A program made the position numbers and the translations under genes. This document shows, piece by piece, positions 22,531 to 33,727 of a stretch of DNA of 64,000 nucleotides (positions are counted from its first letter, which is position 1; the number at the start of each line of letters is the position of its first letter). Source of the DNA: Hyaloraphidium curvatum SAG 235-1 (lineage: Eukaryota; Fungi; Monoblepharomycota); contig JAIVFI010000008.1 in NCBI GenBank assembly GCA_025558095.1, positions 310,001-374,000 of the forward strand, read 5' to 3'. Below the pieces are notes generated by a model. The model did not search any database. It was not told the DNA's origin and was given only the letters and a program-made list of their open reading frames with translations.

Positions 22531-23256
22531 GACTCGGATGTTGTGACCGCTGTATCTCGACATCATGCCTTTCTGGCGAGGGATGTCTTTTGCCTGGATT
22601 CCTGCCCGACGGTCTTGCGCAACTTTGTTCCTGTCGAACGCTTTGCTCGTCGACGCCGATCCACCAATGCGGGCTGCAAAGTTGTCGGCCATGTTTCCAA
22701 TTTCAGGCCCGTCAAAAATCCGCTGATGGTCGCCGAGGTTTTCCAGATTCTCCGCCTGCAGTCGACCTCCGTCACGCTGAAGCTCATCGGAGATGGCCCG
22801 TTGAAGGGCGAACTGACTATGCGTCTGCAGGAACGCTGTTTGTCGGATGGCGTGCTCAGTGTCGACAGTGTGTCGGGAAGCGTGCACAGTGTCGGCTTCA
22901 CCCCGGACGTGGCGGCGGCTCTTCATGAGTGCGACGTCCTCTTTGTTTCCAGCCAAATGGAGGCATTCAGTCTAGCTGCATTGGAAGCCATGGCAGCCGG
23001 AGTGGCGGTAGTAGCTCCCAGGGTCGGCGGCATTCCGGAGCTCTTGACCGACAACGAAACGGGAGTTCTTTACGAGCCTGGGGACGTCGCGGGAGCCGCG
23101 GCAGCCTTGAAGGCGGTCCTGGGTGACGACGCCTTCCGAAGAAGGCTCACGGAGCGGGCATTTGAGGTGGCAAAAGGGTACGACGTGAATGCTGGCGTCG
23201 CTGCCTACGAGCGGCTCTATCTCCGCCTGCTCAGCAGAGGTCGAACAACGATTTGA
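22531..23256 (+). pseudogene. bshA: C-terminal portion of BshA (GT4 glycosyltransferase)
   Basis: SDVVTAVS, NFV, the BshA signature GHVSNFRPVKN, LIGDGP, and SQMEAFSLAALEAMAAGVAVVAPRVGGIPE. No start codon or N-terminal domain; the HVHYAIPH region was not found. Confidence 0.88.
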
Positions 23257-23467
23257 CACCGGGTACACGCGCAGCTATGTATCTTTCGCCAAAGTCAAAT
23301 CCCACCGAGATGTGGGTCATCGTCCGTCCTCTCCGTCCGATGCGTCGGATCGTGGAACTGCGTCTCGGAGACGAAGCCGCCCGCGATGGTTCGCGCCTTT
23401 CCATCAGGCGTTGCAGAACACACAGTCCGGCTCGAGTTCACGCAGCCGGTCATTGCACCACAGCCAG
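23231..23467 (-). pseudogene. bshB1: decayed, internally deleted second copy of the bshB1 3' half
   Basis: Clear nucleotide similarity to 27475-27950 (e.g. TCAGCAGAGGTCGA...GATTTGACACCGGGTA, GAGATGTGGGTC, GTCCGTCCTCTCCGTCCG, GGCGTTGCAGA, CAGTCCGGCT) with two large deletions and small indels. Confidence 0.88.
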
Positions 23468-23643
23468 GTGAAGCTTGGGCGCGATGTGGCTTTCGCATTT
23501 TTGCACGAGATCCGGCTACGCCCGAGAATTAGGCTTTGGCTTTGACTCGTGACCGTATCCCTCCCCGGTCCAGACCGCGCAACTTGACTCATGCCGCAAC
23601 CCCCCCTCCTTCAGTAAACTCAACGCCGACTCCTTCGACCGAA

Positions 23644-26600
23644 ATGAACCTCATGAAAGCGTCGGCGGTCGCCGTCGGACTGGCTGTGATTTTGGCCGCG
23701 TTGGCGGGACCGGCCAACTCGGACGGCACATACAGTTGCTACGATTCCGCAGGCTGCTCGTCCAATGCCTGCATTGACGGAGGAAAGCAATGCCACAACG
23801 ATTTCGATTGCCAGGGAACGTGCGGGAGCTGCAAACAATGCTGGGCATGGGGCTGTGGTTTTCTCGGAATATACTGGGCAAGCTTCCCTCCAGTGGCGCC
23901 ATCGCATGCCGCTGATCATTACAATGCTTCCCCATCATAGGACTGCGGAAAGAATTGCGCTAAATGCGGTGGCTCTTGCAGCTCGACTTCCAACTACTGT
24001 AGCAGCAGGTCAGGCTGCTACACAACCTGCCAGTGCTCGTCTTCCTCGTGCGGCTCGAACCAGTACCTTTCTGGCTGCGGAGGCTCCAGCTCCGGCACTT
24101 GCACAACATGCGGATCATGTCCTCCTGGACAGGAGCGCCAGGGATGCTACGGCCTGAACTCCGGAAGCTGCAACAGCTGTCCGTCGATCCCGTCTGGCGC
24201 CTGGTTCACTGGCTCAGGATGCAGCTACGAGGCCTGTCCCTCCGGAGAGAGCAACTGCGGGTCGCCTACAAGAGACGGCAAAGCTTGCGCAAATCTCCAG
24301 ACAAACCAATGGCATTGCGGCGCGTGCAACCGGGCGTGCCCTTCGGGACAGATTGTGAGTTTTGGTCCATCCTGCGCATGAACGAACCTGCTGACAAACG
24401 TTTGCCCTCCAGTGCACACAAGGCAGCTGTGCGTGTCCGTCAGGAACCTCCATGTGTGGTTCCACCTGCCTGGACCTTCAATCGGACAAGAAAAACTGCG
24501 GCACGTGCGGAACTCCGTGCTCGGCCGGCAAGATTGTAAGCTCCAGCTCCCGTACCCTCGCACGATCGCGCTAATGTTCCGTCTTCGCAGTGCTCGTCGG
24601 GGACGTGTGTATGCGAAAGCGGCCTCACGGACTGCTCTGGGAACTGCGTGGACTTGAAGGCTTCGTTTTCGCACTGTGGCGGATGTGGCACTGCGTGCCC
24701 TGTTAACCAAACGGTACTTTAAAGCCGCCGAACACCTGGAATGGTTAGATAACGCCTCGTCCTCAACAGTGTCTCGGCGGATCATGCGGGTGCCCAAACT
24801 CGCAAACGTACTGCGGTGACAACTGTTTCGACACCTTGACCGAAACCAAGCACTGTGGAGCATGCTCCAAGGCATGCCCAGCGACTCAAATTTGTTCATC
24901 CGGAACCTGTGTGTGTCCAATTGGGTTGGCATATTGCGCCGACAGCGGCCTGTGCTCCGATCACAAGACGGACACCGGGAACTGCGGTGCATGCTCCAAG
25001 CGGTGTGGACGCGGACAAACGGTGCGACATGTTCTCGATGCTCTCTTTGCTGCCCTGCTAATGAGACTGCAGTGCGAAAATGCGACTTGCATCTGCCCGA
25101 GCGGGCTTTCCTACTGCGCTTCCGTCGACTCGTGCATCGATCTGCAATCTGACACACAGAACTGCGGTTCCTGCGGGAGCGTCTGTCCCGCCGAAGCCAC
25201 GCGCTGCTCCGCTGGCCAATGCCGGCTTGCAACATTCTCTGCTGAGCCTGCAGGTGCTCCGATGGTCTCTGACAACACCACTGCGCTCGGTCTCATGCAG
25301 GGCTCCAACTTCGGTATCTCCACGGCCCGAGGCGGCCTCGCCTGCACGCCCAAGTGCGCCATCAATGCCGCCGCCAAAAGTGAATACGTCGTTGGCAGAG
25401 TGTCGAACCTGACGGCCGTCTACACCTTGCGCCGGGGCACGGTCTGTCTTCTCGTCCAGGAAGCTCCAGGTTTGCCAGCTGCCTTGATCGAAGCAGGTTG
25501 CCCCAGGAGCGCATCCGCCGGCAAGCGCCAAGATGGCAATCTGCTGCCATTCTGGCACGTCTACAATTCCTCGGGATCCATCAGGCTGCTCAATGCAAAC
25601 ATGGACGACGAGACGGGGTGCATCTTGGTGCCGTCCTCAGGCAATGTCGGCCTAGGCGCATGCGCAAACGAGACTGCGACAACGTGGAACTTCAGTCTGA
25701 CTCTCGAAAGTGGAACGAGCACGGTTCCGATCGGCGTCATTGTGGGCGCGGCAGTTGGCGGTGCCGTTGCCGTGGCCGGTGCAGCAGGCGCCGTCTACTA
25801 CGGAGTCCGCCGAAACAGGGCCAAGAAGGATGCATCAACCGGATCTGAGGACCGGAACTCGGACTGCAGCCGAGACGACATGATCGGAGAAAGTTCCGTG
25901 AAAAAGGCGCCGCACACGCTTCCTGTTCCCACAGTGTTTGCCGCAGTTCCTGAAACGGTGCCTGGCCCGAATTCGGCGACGCCGAATAATCCAGATTACG
26001 AAGTGGTCCCGGCGTTCCCGGCAGGCAGCGTGTTGTACAGAACATGGGGGGGCGATTCAGAAGGCTCCATTCTATCCGTTCCGGTCAAGCACTACTCAAC
26101 GGTCGACTACGCGTACGCGGCGACGGCACCCGATGAGCTCGCCCTGAAGCCCGGAGGTGAAGGCGGCATAGCGATTGTTCGTCGCACTTTCACCTTATGG
26201 CATTTCTCAGATCGAATCTACGTCGATAAAGCTTTCAGTGACGGCTGGGCTTTGGGAAGCCTTGCCGATGGAAAGCAGGGTCTGTTTCCAGGCGACTTCC
26301 TGGTCTTTGCGCAGGCACCTTCACAGCCACAAGTTCCTCCACGAATGACCTGCTCAATGCCCAAGAGCGAGCCAGCGACGTTGTACGAACAGAAACCAGC
26401 ACCGTCGAAGACCATGAGCGGATCCTCATCTTCAACAGCTATCGAATCCAAGATGTCCAAGATTGCGGCAAACGATTTCGGCCCCTTCGCCTCCAAATTG
26501 CTCGTCGACTCATCGGAGATCATTATTGACCGCAACCAACGGCTTGGCGAAGGAGGTTTCGGCGTCGTGTACGCCGGTATCCTGCGAGGTTCCAACGCAG

Positions 26601-27410
26601 TTGCGGTCAAAACGATCAAGGGAGACTTGGACGAGAAGACAATGCTGGCATTCATTAAAGAGGTCGTCAACTGGGAGGGTTTGGTTCAGCGCAATGGTGA
26701 GCCGCGCTGATCTGCAGAGTGAAGCCCACGACCCACTCTTCCCAACTCAGTGCTGCCGCTCATGGCTTTCTGTATCTCGCCCCCAATGATGATTACCGAC
26801 CTGGTGGAGGAAGGAAACATGCGCAAGTACCTCGCCGGGCACAACTGGGACCAGGCTATGGGTCTCAGGTTCCTGATCGAAGTCACGGCCGGCATGTCGT
26901 ATCTCCACGGCAGCGGCATTCTGCACGGCGACCTCAAGTCGCTCAACGTTCTCATCGATGGATCACGGGCCGTCATCACCGATTTTGGCCTTTCACAGCT
27001 CAGATCCCAGGTCAGCAAGTCGACAAGCAAGGTCGGAAACGGGCTCCAAGGGACCCCGGGCTTCGTGGCGCCGGAGATCCTCGCGGGCGGCAGGCTGCAG
27101 GCTCCGGCAGATGTGTACGCGTTCGCCATGACGGCCTACGAAGTCTTGTCGCGCGGCAGCTACCCGTTTGAGGACTTGACGAACGTCGCAACAGTAGGCT
27201 CCGGCACGGCATACGGCGTATCGGTCCTGACGCATGAACGAACAGATCGTCTACAAGGTCGCAGTCGAGCAAGCCCGCCCGGCGCGACCTGATGGCGTGG
27301 CCGACCCGGTGTGGACGTTAGTGGAGAGATGCTGGGCGCACGACCCAGCAGCCAGACCCACGTTTGTGGAAGCACACGATCAGCTTGTTAAGATTATCGC
27401 GCAGCTCTAG
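23644..27410 (+). CDS. receptor-like TKL protein kinase: signal peptide, Cys-rich STIG1-like repeats, TM helix, SH3 domain, kinase
   Basis: Multi-exon; repeated DxxNCGxCxxxC units; TM IGVIVGAAVGGAVAVAGAAGAVYYGV followed by RRNR; SH3 YAATAPDELALKPGD...DGWALG...GLFP; kinase motifs LGEGGFGVVY, VAVK, HGDLKSLN, DFG, GTPGFVAPE, CW...RP. Confidence 0.9.
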
Positions 27411-27474
27411 GTTGGCTTGCTGTATAGATCGTCGCGCTGCTTTACCTCCACTAGATTATGTTGGCGCATCCTGC

Positions 27475-28206
27475 TCAGCAGAGGTCGAGCAATGATTTGA
27501 CACCGGGTATACGCGCAGCTATATACCCCTCTCCAAAATCAAAGCCCGCCTGATGGCCAAACTCACGGGCGCGAGCTTCGACGAACCTGATGAACGCGGG
27601 GGTCGAGATGTGGGTCTGCGGTCCGTCCTCTCCGTCCGGTGCGTCGGGATCATGGAACTGCGTGCGGTAGGCGCGAATGGCATCCAACTTCCGGTCCCAG
27701 AACTCGCTGATGTCCACGACAAACGTCGGTATGAGCAGCCGGTCCTGGATGTAGCTGTAAACGTTCTTTGGTCGCCATGGGGCCTGTGCTTCGCCATCGG
27801 GGCCCAATGTCGCCACCTTGACCAATCCGCTGAGAAAAACGGACTCGGAGACGAGCTGCGCCGCCCGCGAGTGGTCCGGATGCCTTTCCACCGGGGCGTT
27901 GCAGAGGATGCAGTCCGGCTGGAACTCCCGCAAAGCTTGCACAGCCGCCAGCTGCGATGCCTCGTCGTTCCGGAAGAAGCCGTCGCGCAGACCCAAGTTC
28001 CGCCGCACGCTGAGCCCCAGGATTCGGGACGCGTCCTCCGCTTCCCGGGCTCGCGTCTCGGCTGTGCCCCGCGTGCCCAGCTCGCCGCGCGTGAGGTCGA
28101 CGACGCCGACCCTCCGACCCCGCGCAATCTCGCTCAGGATCGTCCCTCCGCAATTGAGCTCCGCATCATCGGGATGCGCTGCAATGACGAGCAGGTCCAG
28201 CTTCAT
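27475..28206 (-). CDS. bshB1: bacillithiol biosynthesis deacetylase BshB1 (PIG-L/LmbE family)
   Basis: Intronless, 243 aa; MKLDLLVIAAHPDDAEL, VDLTRGELGTRG, RHPDH, LSGL, YIQD, QF, THISTP, EG. Resembles Bacteroidetes BshB1. Confidence 0.93.
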   Translation of the reverse strand: MKLDLLVIAAHPDDAELNCGGTILSEIARGRRVGVVDLTRGELGTRGTAETRAREAEDASRILGLSVRRNLGLRDGFFRNDEASQLAAVQALREFQPDCILCNAPVERHPDHSRAAQLVSESVFLSGLVKVATLGPDGEAQAPWRPKNVYSYIQDRLLIPTFVVDISEFWDRKLDAIRAYRTQFHDPDAPDGEDGPQTHISTPAFIRFVEARAREFGHQAGFDFGEGYIAARIPGVKSLLDLC

Positions 28207-28443
28207 TTGTCTCGTGATTGACAGGGGGACGTTGGTCCCCGTTCGCTAAGGCCTCTCCGGGAGTCACTCGTGGCGATTGCCCTGGGGAATCCCCAAAGGC
28301 AGCGCCAGCAGACATCAAGAGTGGAGCTCCTTGTGCCCGCTCGGGAAAATCCGAAGTCCGAAGACCCAAAACTTGATGACGATCACTCTGAAAAGCTACA
28401 CATGTCTATCTCCCGAGTCCCAGCTTCGCAATCAGCCCTTGTC

Positions 28444-30094
28444 TTAGATTTTGGCCTTGATCGGGGGCACTTCCTTCCTTGCCTCGACCGCCACGTAGTC
28501 CCGCCGCTTCTCGCCGATGAACAACTGGCGCGGTCTCCAGATCTGGGCGCCCTCAACGTCCATGCCCTCCGACCAGTGCGCGAGCCAGCCAACGGTGCGG
28601 GGCATGGCGAAGAGGACTGCAACGAGCGAATTGTCAGTTTGCCATCATCGCTTTACACGGGTCGAGACCCACCAGGGAAGAAGTCGGTCGGGAAGCCCAT
28701 CGCGCGGTAAATGAGGCCGCTGAAAAAGTCCACGTTCGGGTACAGCTTGCGCGAAACAAAGTACTCGTCCTTCAGGGCGGCCTCCGACAGCGCGATGGCG
28801 ACGTCGATCAGAGGTTCGCGGCCGACAATGTCAAAGACCTCGTAGGCGGTGCGCTGAACGAGCTTCGCGCGGGGATCGAAGTTCTTGTATATGCGATGTC
28901 CGAATCCCATGAGCTTCTTCTTCTTCTGCTTCACGCCCTCGATAAACTCGGGCACGTTCTTGACATTGCCGATCGACTCGAGCATCCTGACCACGGCCTC
29001 GTTCGCGCCGCCATGGAGGGGACCGTAGAGCGCGGCGGTAGCTCCGGCAACGGCGGAGTATGGATCAACGAGCGAGCTGCCGACGTGGCGGATTGCAGCG
29101 GTGGAGCAGTTCATCTCGTGGTCGGCGTGAAGGATAAAGAGGACATCTGCAGCACGTCGTCAATTTCTGACCTTGAACCGAGACGGGCCACTTCGTAAAG
29201 CACGAAGCCCGCAGCAAAACCCACCAAGAGCGCGAGCCAGACCCGGGTGGACCGGCTTGGGGCTTCCACTGTTGTGCCACCACATGTGCAGGAAGTTTTC
29301 CGCGAGGGAAAGCTCCGGTATAGGCTCATTGATGGGCTTGCCTGCCCGGTGCCGCAAAATGGCGGCGCCGATGGTCATCACCTGGCCAACAATCTTCATC
29401 ATGGTCTGGCTGCGGAATTCTGAAGGGAAGCGGAACAGGTCCTGGCCCCGGAAAGCAGGGTTTGCCTGGGGGTTGAAGGCTCCCAGGGATCCCACGGTGC
29501 TCAAGAAGATCGACATGGGGTGTGAATCGTAGTTGAAGGCCTGGATCACCTTGACCGCTCCCTGGGCCGCGGAGGCATCGTCAACACCTGAACCAGCTAC
29601 AGACAGGACGCAGGCACCCACGGTGGGGAGGTAGCTGCCCTCCATCACAGCGCGATTGAACTCCAAGAACTGCTTCCGCGTAGGGAGTTCGCCGAAGAGG
29701 ACCAGGTAGGCGCACTCCACAAAGTTGGACCTTTCCGCCAGCTGCTCGATGGGGTAGCCCCGGTACTCGAGGATTCCATTGTCGCCGTCGACCATGGAGA
29801 TCTTGGAACGCGCGACGGCCGTGTTCAAGTAGGCCGGGTCGAAGACGCGGACCGGCAGCTTGGGACCCTGAACGGCGCCATGCTCGTCCACGGGCACTTC
29901 GACCTGCTTGCCGGTCCTGTTGTCGATGATCGTGATCGTGTTCTTCCTGGGAAGAGATCATTCGTGGGGAGCAATGAGCGGAGTGGCGGCAAGTCGGGTA
30001 GCCCGGGTGTAAATCGTGCCGACAGCACGCGGAGGCTCGTCAGCCTTGGCATCCGGGACCAATCGGTTCGGGAGACGGACCTTTGCGCGCTCAT
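28444..30094 (-). CDS. citrate synthase, peroxisomal/glyoxysomal type
   Basis: [64 protein letters not shown]; spliced C-terminus ends -AKI (PTS1-like). Confidence 0.93.
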
Positions 30095-30652
30095 CGTTGC
30101 TTCAACCGGTGCCGAGGGCGATTCACAACCCAAGAGCTGGGGTTTGCCGGGTCCGGAGATTGCTGCGCGCGGCAAGGGTGTGATCAACGCGTCATGCCCC
30201 AACATCTGGTCGGAGGCACCCGGGAGCAGCCCGAAACTACGCGTGACGTGCAAAATGCACGTATCTTGTAGCTATGGGTTTGTAGAGCAATTCAAAAGCG
30301 GCAAGCACCGCGATTCGGACGACCAGCTTCCGATCGAGTCCGTGCGACGGGCGGAGTGTGACGAGGCTCACAAGAACTTGCTCGTCTTTGTTTGTTCAAA
30401 TCCAATAAACGGAATTGCAACTCCTGTATTGCATGCCTGATATCACGGTCGCTCATCGTGGTGCTCCGCCGCTCGCACGGGTGCGATCAAATGATCGCAC
30501 ATCGATTTGCCCCGCCCTGATCGCCGACCATCGCGGTGTCACCCACAACGACCGCCCCGTCTTCCAGCGCGGATTCGCGGCACGTGAAGCACCCGTTCCG
30601 GCTCCGAGACTTCCATCACAGCGAAAGCTTTCCGGCCTCTCGGATCGCCAGA

Positions 30653-32343
30653 ATGCTGCGCGCCGTGACCGCGATGGCGCGCCCCGCCCCGCGGGTCCCG
30701 TCTGCCCGCCTCTTCAGCGCCAGCGCCGTGGCCCAGAAGAAGATTCTCGCTGTCCTCTACAGCGCCGGCAAGGCTTCGGAGGAGAAGCGTAAGTTGCTCG
30801 TCTAAGGGCGACGTGTCGCGCGCACCCGGTCCATGTCACCCACACTGCCTCCCTGCTCAGGGCTGCTCGGGTGCCGCGAGAACGCGCTCGGCCTTCGCCC
30901 GTGGCTCGAGTCGCTTGGGCACGAGTTTGTAGTCACCGATGACAAGGACCGTCCGGACTCGGAGTTTGACAAGCACCTCGTCGACGCCGAGATTGTGATC
31001 ACCACTCCTTTCCACCCCGGGTGAGCGGAATTCCTTGGCAGTTCGATTCAAATCAATGACTGACGTTGCCCTGGTCAGATACATCACGAAGGAGCGCCTT
31101 GCCAAGGCCAAGAACCTCAAGGTCTCGATCACCGCCGGCGGTGCGTTTCAAGACACACCAGTCCGCTTTTCCTGCTGATCCGTTTGTTTTCCAGTCGGAT
31201 CCGACCACGTCGACATTCCCGCGGCCTGCGAGCACAAGCTCGCCGTCTACGAAGTCACTGGTATGTGATTGTGGCAGGTTCTCTTCGGCTCACCCTCACT
31301 CGGTGTCACCAGGCTCGAACGTGACCTCCGTTGCCGAGCACGTCGTGATGCAGATCCTTGCCCTGGTCCGCAACTTCATCCCTGCCCACGAGCAGATCAA
31401 GGCGGGGGAGTGGGCGGTGGCCGACATTGCCCGCAACGCGTATGATCTCGAGGGCAAGGTGATCGGCACGCTCGGGGCCGGACGGATCGGCTACCGCGTG
31501 CTCCAGCGGCTTGTGCCCTTCGAGCCTAAGGAGCTGCTCTACGCGGACTACCAGCCGCTTAGCAAGGGTGGGATCTGTCGTTGGTGGCCGCCGGTGTCGT
31601 TGCTGATCACGGGACCAAACCAGACCTCGAGGACGCTGTCGGTGCGCGCCGTGTTTCCGTCGAGGAGCTCTTCAAGCAGTGCGACATCATCACGATCAAC
31701 ACCCCGCTCACCGAGGAGACCCGCGGGATGGTCAACAAGAAGTTGCTGAGCCTCACGAAGCCGGGCGTCTACATCGTCAACACGGCGCGCGGGGCCATCA
31801 TCAACCGCGACGATCTGGTGGACGCTGTGAAGAGTGGCCACGTTGCCGGCTACGCTGGTGATGTCTGGTTCCCGCAGCCCGCGCCGAGGGTGGGTCTTGA
31901 TGACGGGGCGTCGGCACACGGCGGTCGCTGATCACATCGCTGTCGCTGGTCGTGCTGCTTCGTTTCAACGTGTTGGGCACTCAAACGTCCTACTCTTGAC
32001 TGTCTGCATTGGTTTCTGCTTCTCGTGGACCGCTGGCGTTATTTTAGGATCACCCCTGGCGAACGATGCCTCGTAACGCAATGACGCCTCACTACTCGGG
32101 AACCACGCTTGATGCCCAAGCTCGTTACGCCAACGGCGTCAAGCTGATCCTTGAGAACTACTTTGCCGGCAAGCCGCAGCAGGCAAAAGGTGCGGTGAAG
32201 CCTTTTGTGACAGGGTGACGTGAGGTGTTCACAACCCGTAAACTCGGACAGACATCATCGCTGAGGGCGGCGCCATCGTCAGCAAGGCCTACGACCGCGC
32301 CGGCAAGGTGGAGACCAAGGCGCACGTGGAGAAGGAGACGTGA
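30653..32343 (+). CDS. FDH1: NAD-dependent formate dehydrogenase with N-terminal mitochondrial-type presequence
   Basis: [77 protein letters not shown]; many short introns. Confidence 0.95.
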
Positions 32344-32590
32344 GCATCTGCGTGATCGGCCAGCCCCAGCCCTTCTAATCGCTTGTCGTTCCCAGCTACA
32401 ACTGAAGCTGCAGTCCTGTTCTCCATAGAAAACTATCCTGATGGCTCGAAAAGCTGTGGTGTGGGCACGGGTGCCCCTGGAGCGTTTGTCCAGCTGCGAC
32501 GTCGGCCCCGAAAGACCCCTTCAAATCTCGCCACGGCCACGCGCCATCGGCGACCGCTCCTGCCGGCAGTCATCCCGGAGCTCTCTCAGC

Positions 32591-33682
32591 ATGATGTCCA
32601 CGAGCCTTTCCGAGGCCGGCGCGATGCCTCCGAGCCTCGCCGGACCGCGCAAGGCTTCGCGGGGGCTCGGACACCGCAGGGTCAACTCGCTCTCCCCGAA
32701 GGACGAGGCGACGGCGCTCCTCACCTTCAGCGACCTGGACCTGTCCGCCAGCCTGCTTCCCGGCGACGTTTGCTTCGAAGGAGAGCTCGTTTCGCCCGCC
32801 CTGCCGCCCCTCCCCGCCGAGCCGGACCCCGTCCCTCGCACATCGCCCGCGCCCTCCGCCTCCGATCGGCGCCAGGAGCCGACCGAGAAAGTGACATCGG
32901 AGAGCGAACTCATGCTCGAGTCGGCCGTGGAGCTGCTGGAACAGACCAAGACCGTGCTCGCGAACAAGGCACTCAGGGTCCATGCGCGCTCGGCCTCGCC
33001 GGCTCTAGTGCAGAGGAAGGACCCTGCGGCGGGCTCCGGAGTGGACTGGTCCGAGCTCGAGACGGCTCGAAATGAGCGGGCGGTTGCCCAGTCGCTCGCC
33101 TCTCTCCTGCCGGGAACGTGGCAGTCGGAGTGCAGCCTCCCTCTGTCGCCGGCGGAGCCCTCCCCGCTGGTCACCGAAGTGGGACACTGGGACTTGGAGG
33201 AGTTCAAAGCCCCGTTGATGCGAGGTCCCACCTCCCTTCTCTCCCCGAGGTGGGCCACGAAGGCCGCTACCGATCCCGCGAGCGACAAGAGCTTCGCTGA
33301 GAACGAAGTGAAGGCAGAAGGCAATGGCGAGACTACTTCGAGACCTTCCGAGCCGGAGCACGTTTCTCTTGCGGGGGTCTTTGAGCAGGAGACAAAAAAG
33401 CGAGCCGAAGGAGGCCGGACCACCGAGGACACTGAGCAGACGGAGAAAGAGCGTGGCGAGGCAGCCGCGAAGCCAGCCACGCCTGCGAGAGCGAAGCGCA
33501 GCATACCCGCCCCGTCGCCCATCGTGCCGATACGGACCATCGTGGCCCGATCGATACAGGCGAGCATGCAGAGCCTGCAGAGCGTGCCCTCGAGCCCCGT
33601 TGGCGGAAAAATGGAGACGAGCCTCCCCGGATACGCCAGAGCCACAAAAGCCAGCAAGAGCCACACCCGTAAGGCTCCCTGA
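32591..33682 (+). CDS. hypothetical Ser/Pro/Glu-rich disordered protein
   Basis: Long ORF with coding-like codon use, C-terminal LPGYARATKAS motif; start uncertain. Confidence 0.6.
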   Translation: MMSTSLSEAGAMPPSLAGPRKASRGLGHRRVNSLSPKDEATALLTFSDLDLSASLLPGDVCFEGELVSPALPPLPAEPDPVPRTSPAPSASDRRQEPTEKVTSESELMLESAVELLEQTKTVLANKALRVHARSASPALVQRKDPAAGSGVDWSELETARNERAVAQSLASLLPGTWQSECSLPLSPAEPSPLVTEVGHWDLEEFKAPLMRGPTSLLSPRWATKAATDPASDKSFAENEVKAEGNGETTSRPSEPEHVSLAGVFEQETKKRAEGGRTTEDTEQTEKERGEAAAKPATPARAKRSIPAPSPIVPIRTIVARSIQASMQSLQSVPSSPVGGKMETSLPGYARATKASKSHTRKAP

Positions 33683-33727
33683 GCTGTGCCTGATGTATCG
33701 ATCTCGACCAATACAAGATGATTTGGA

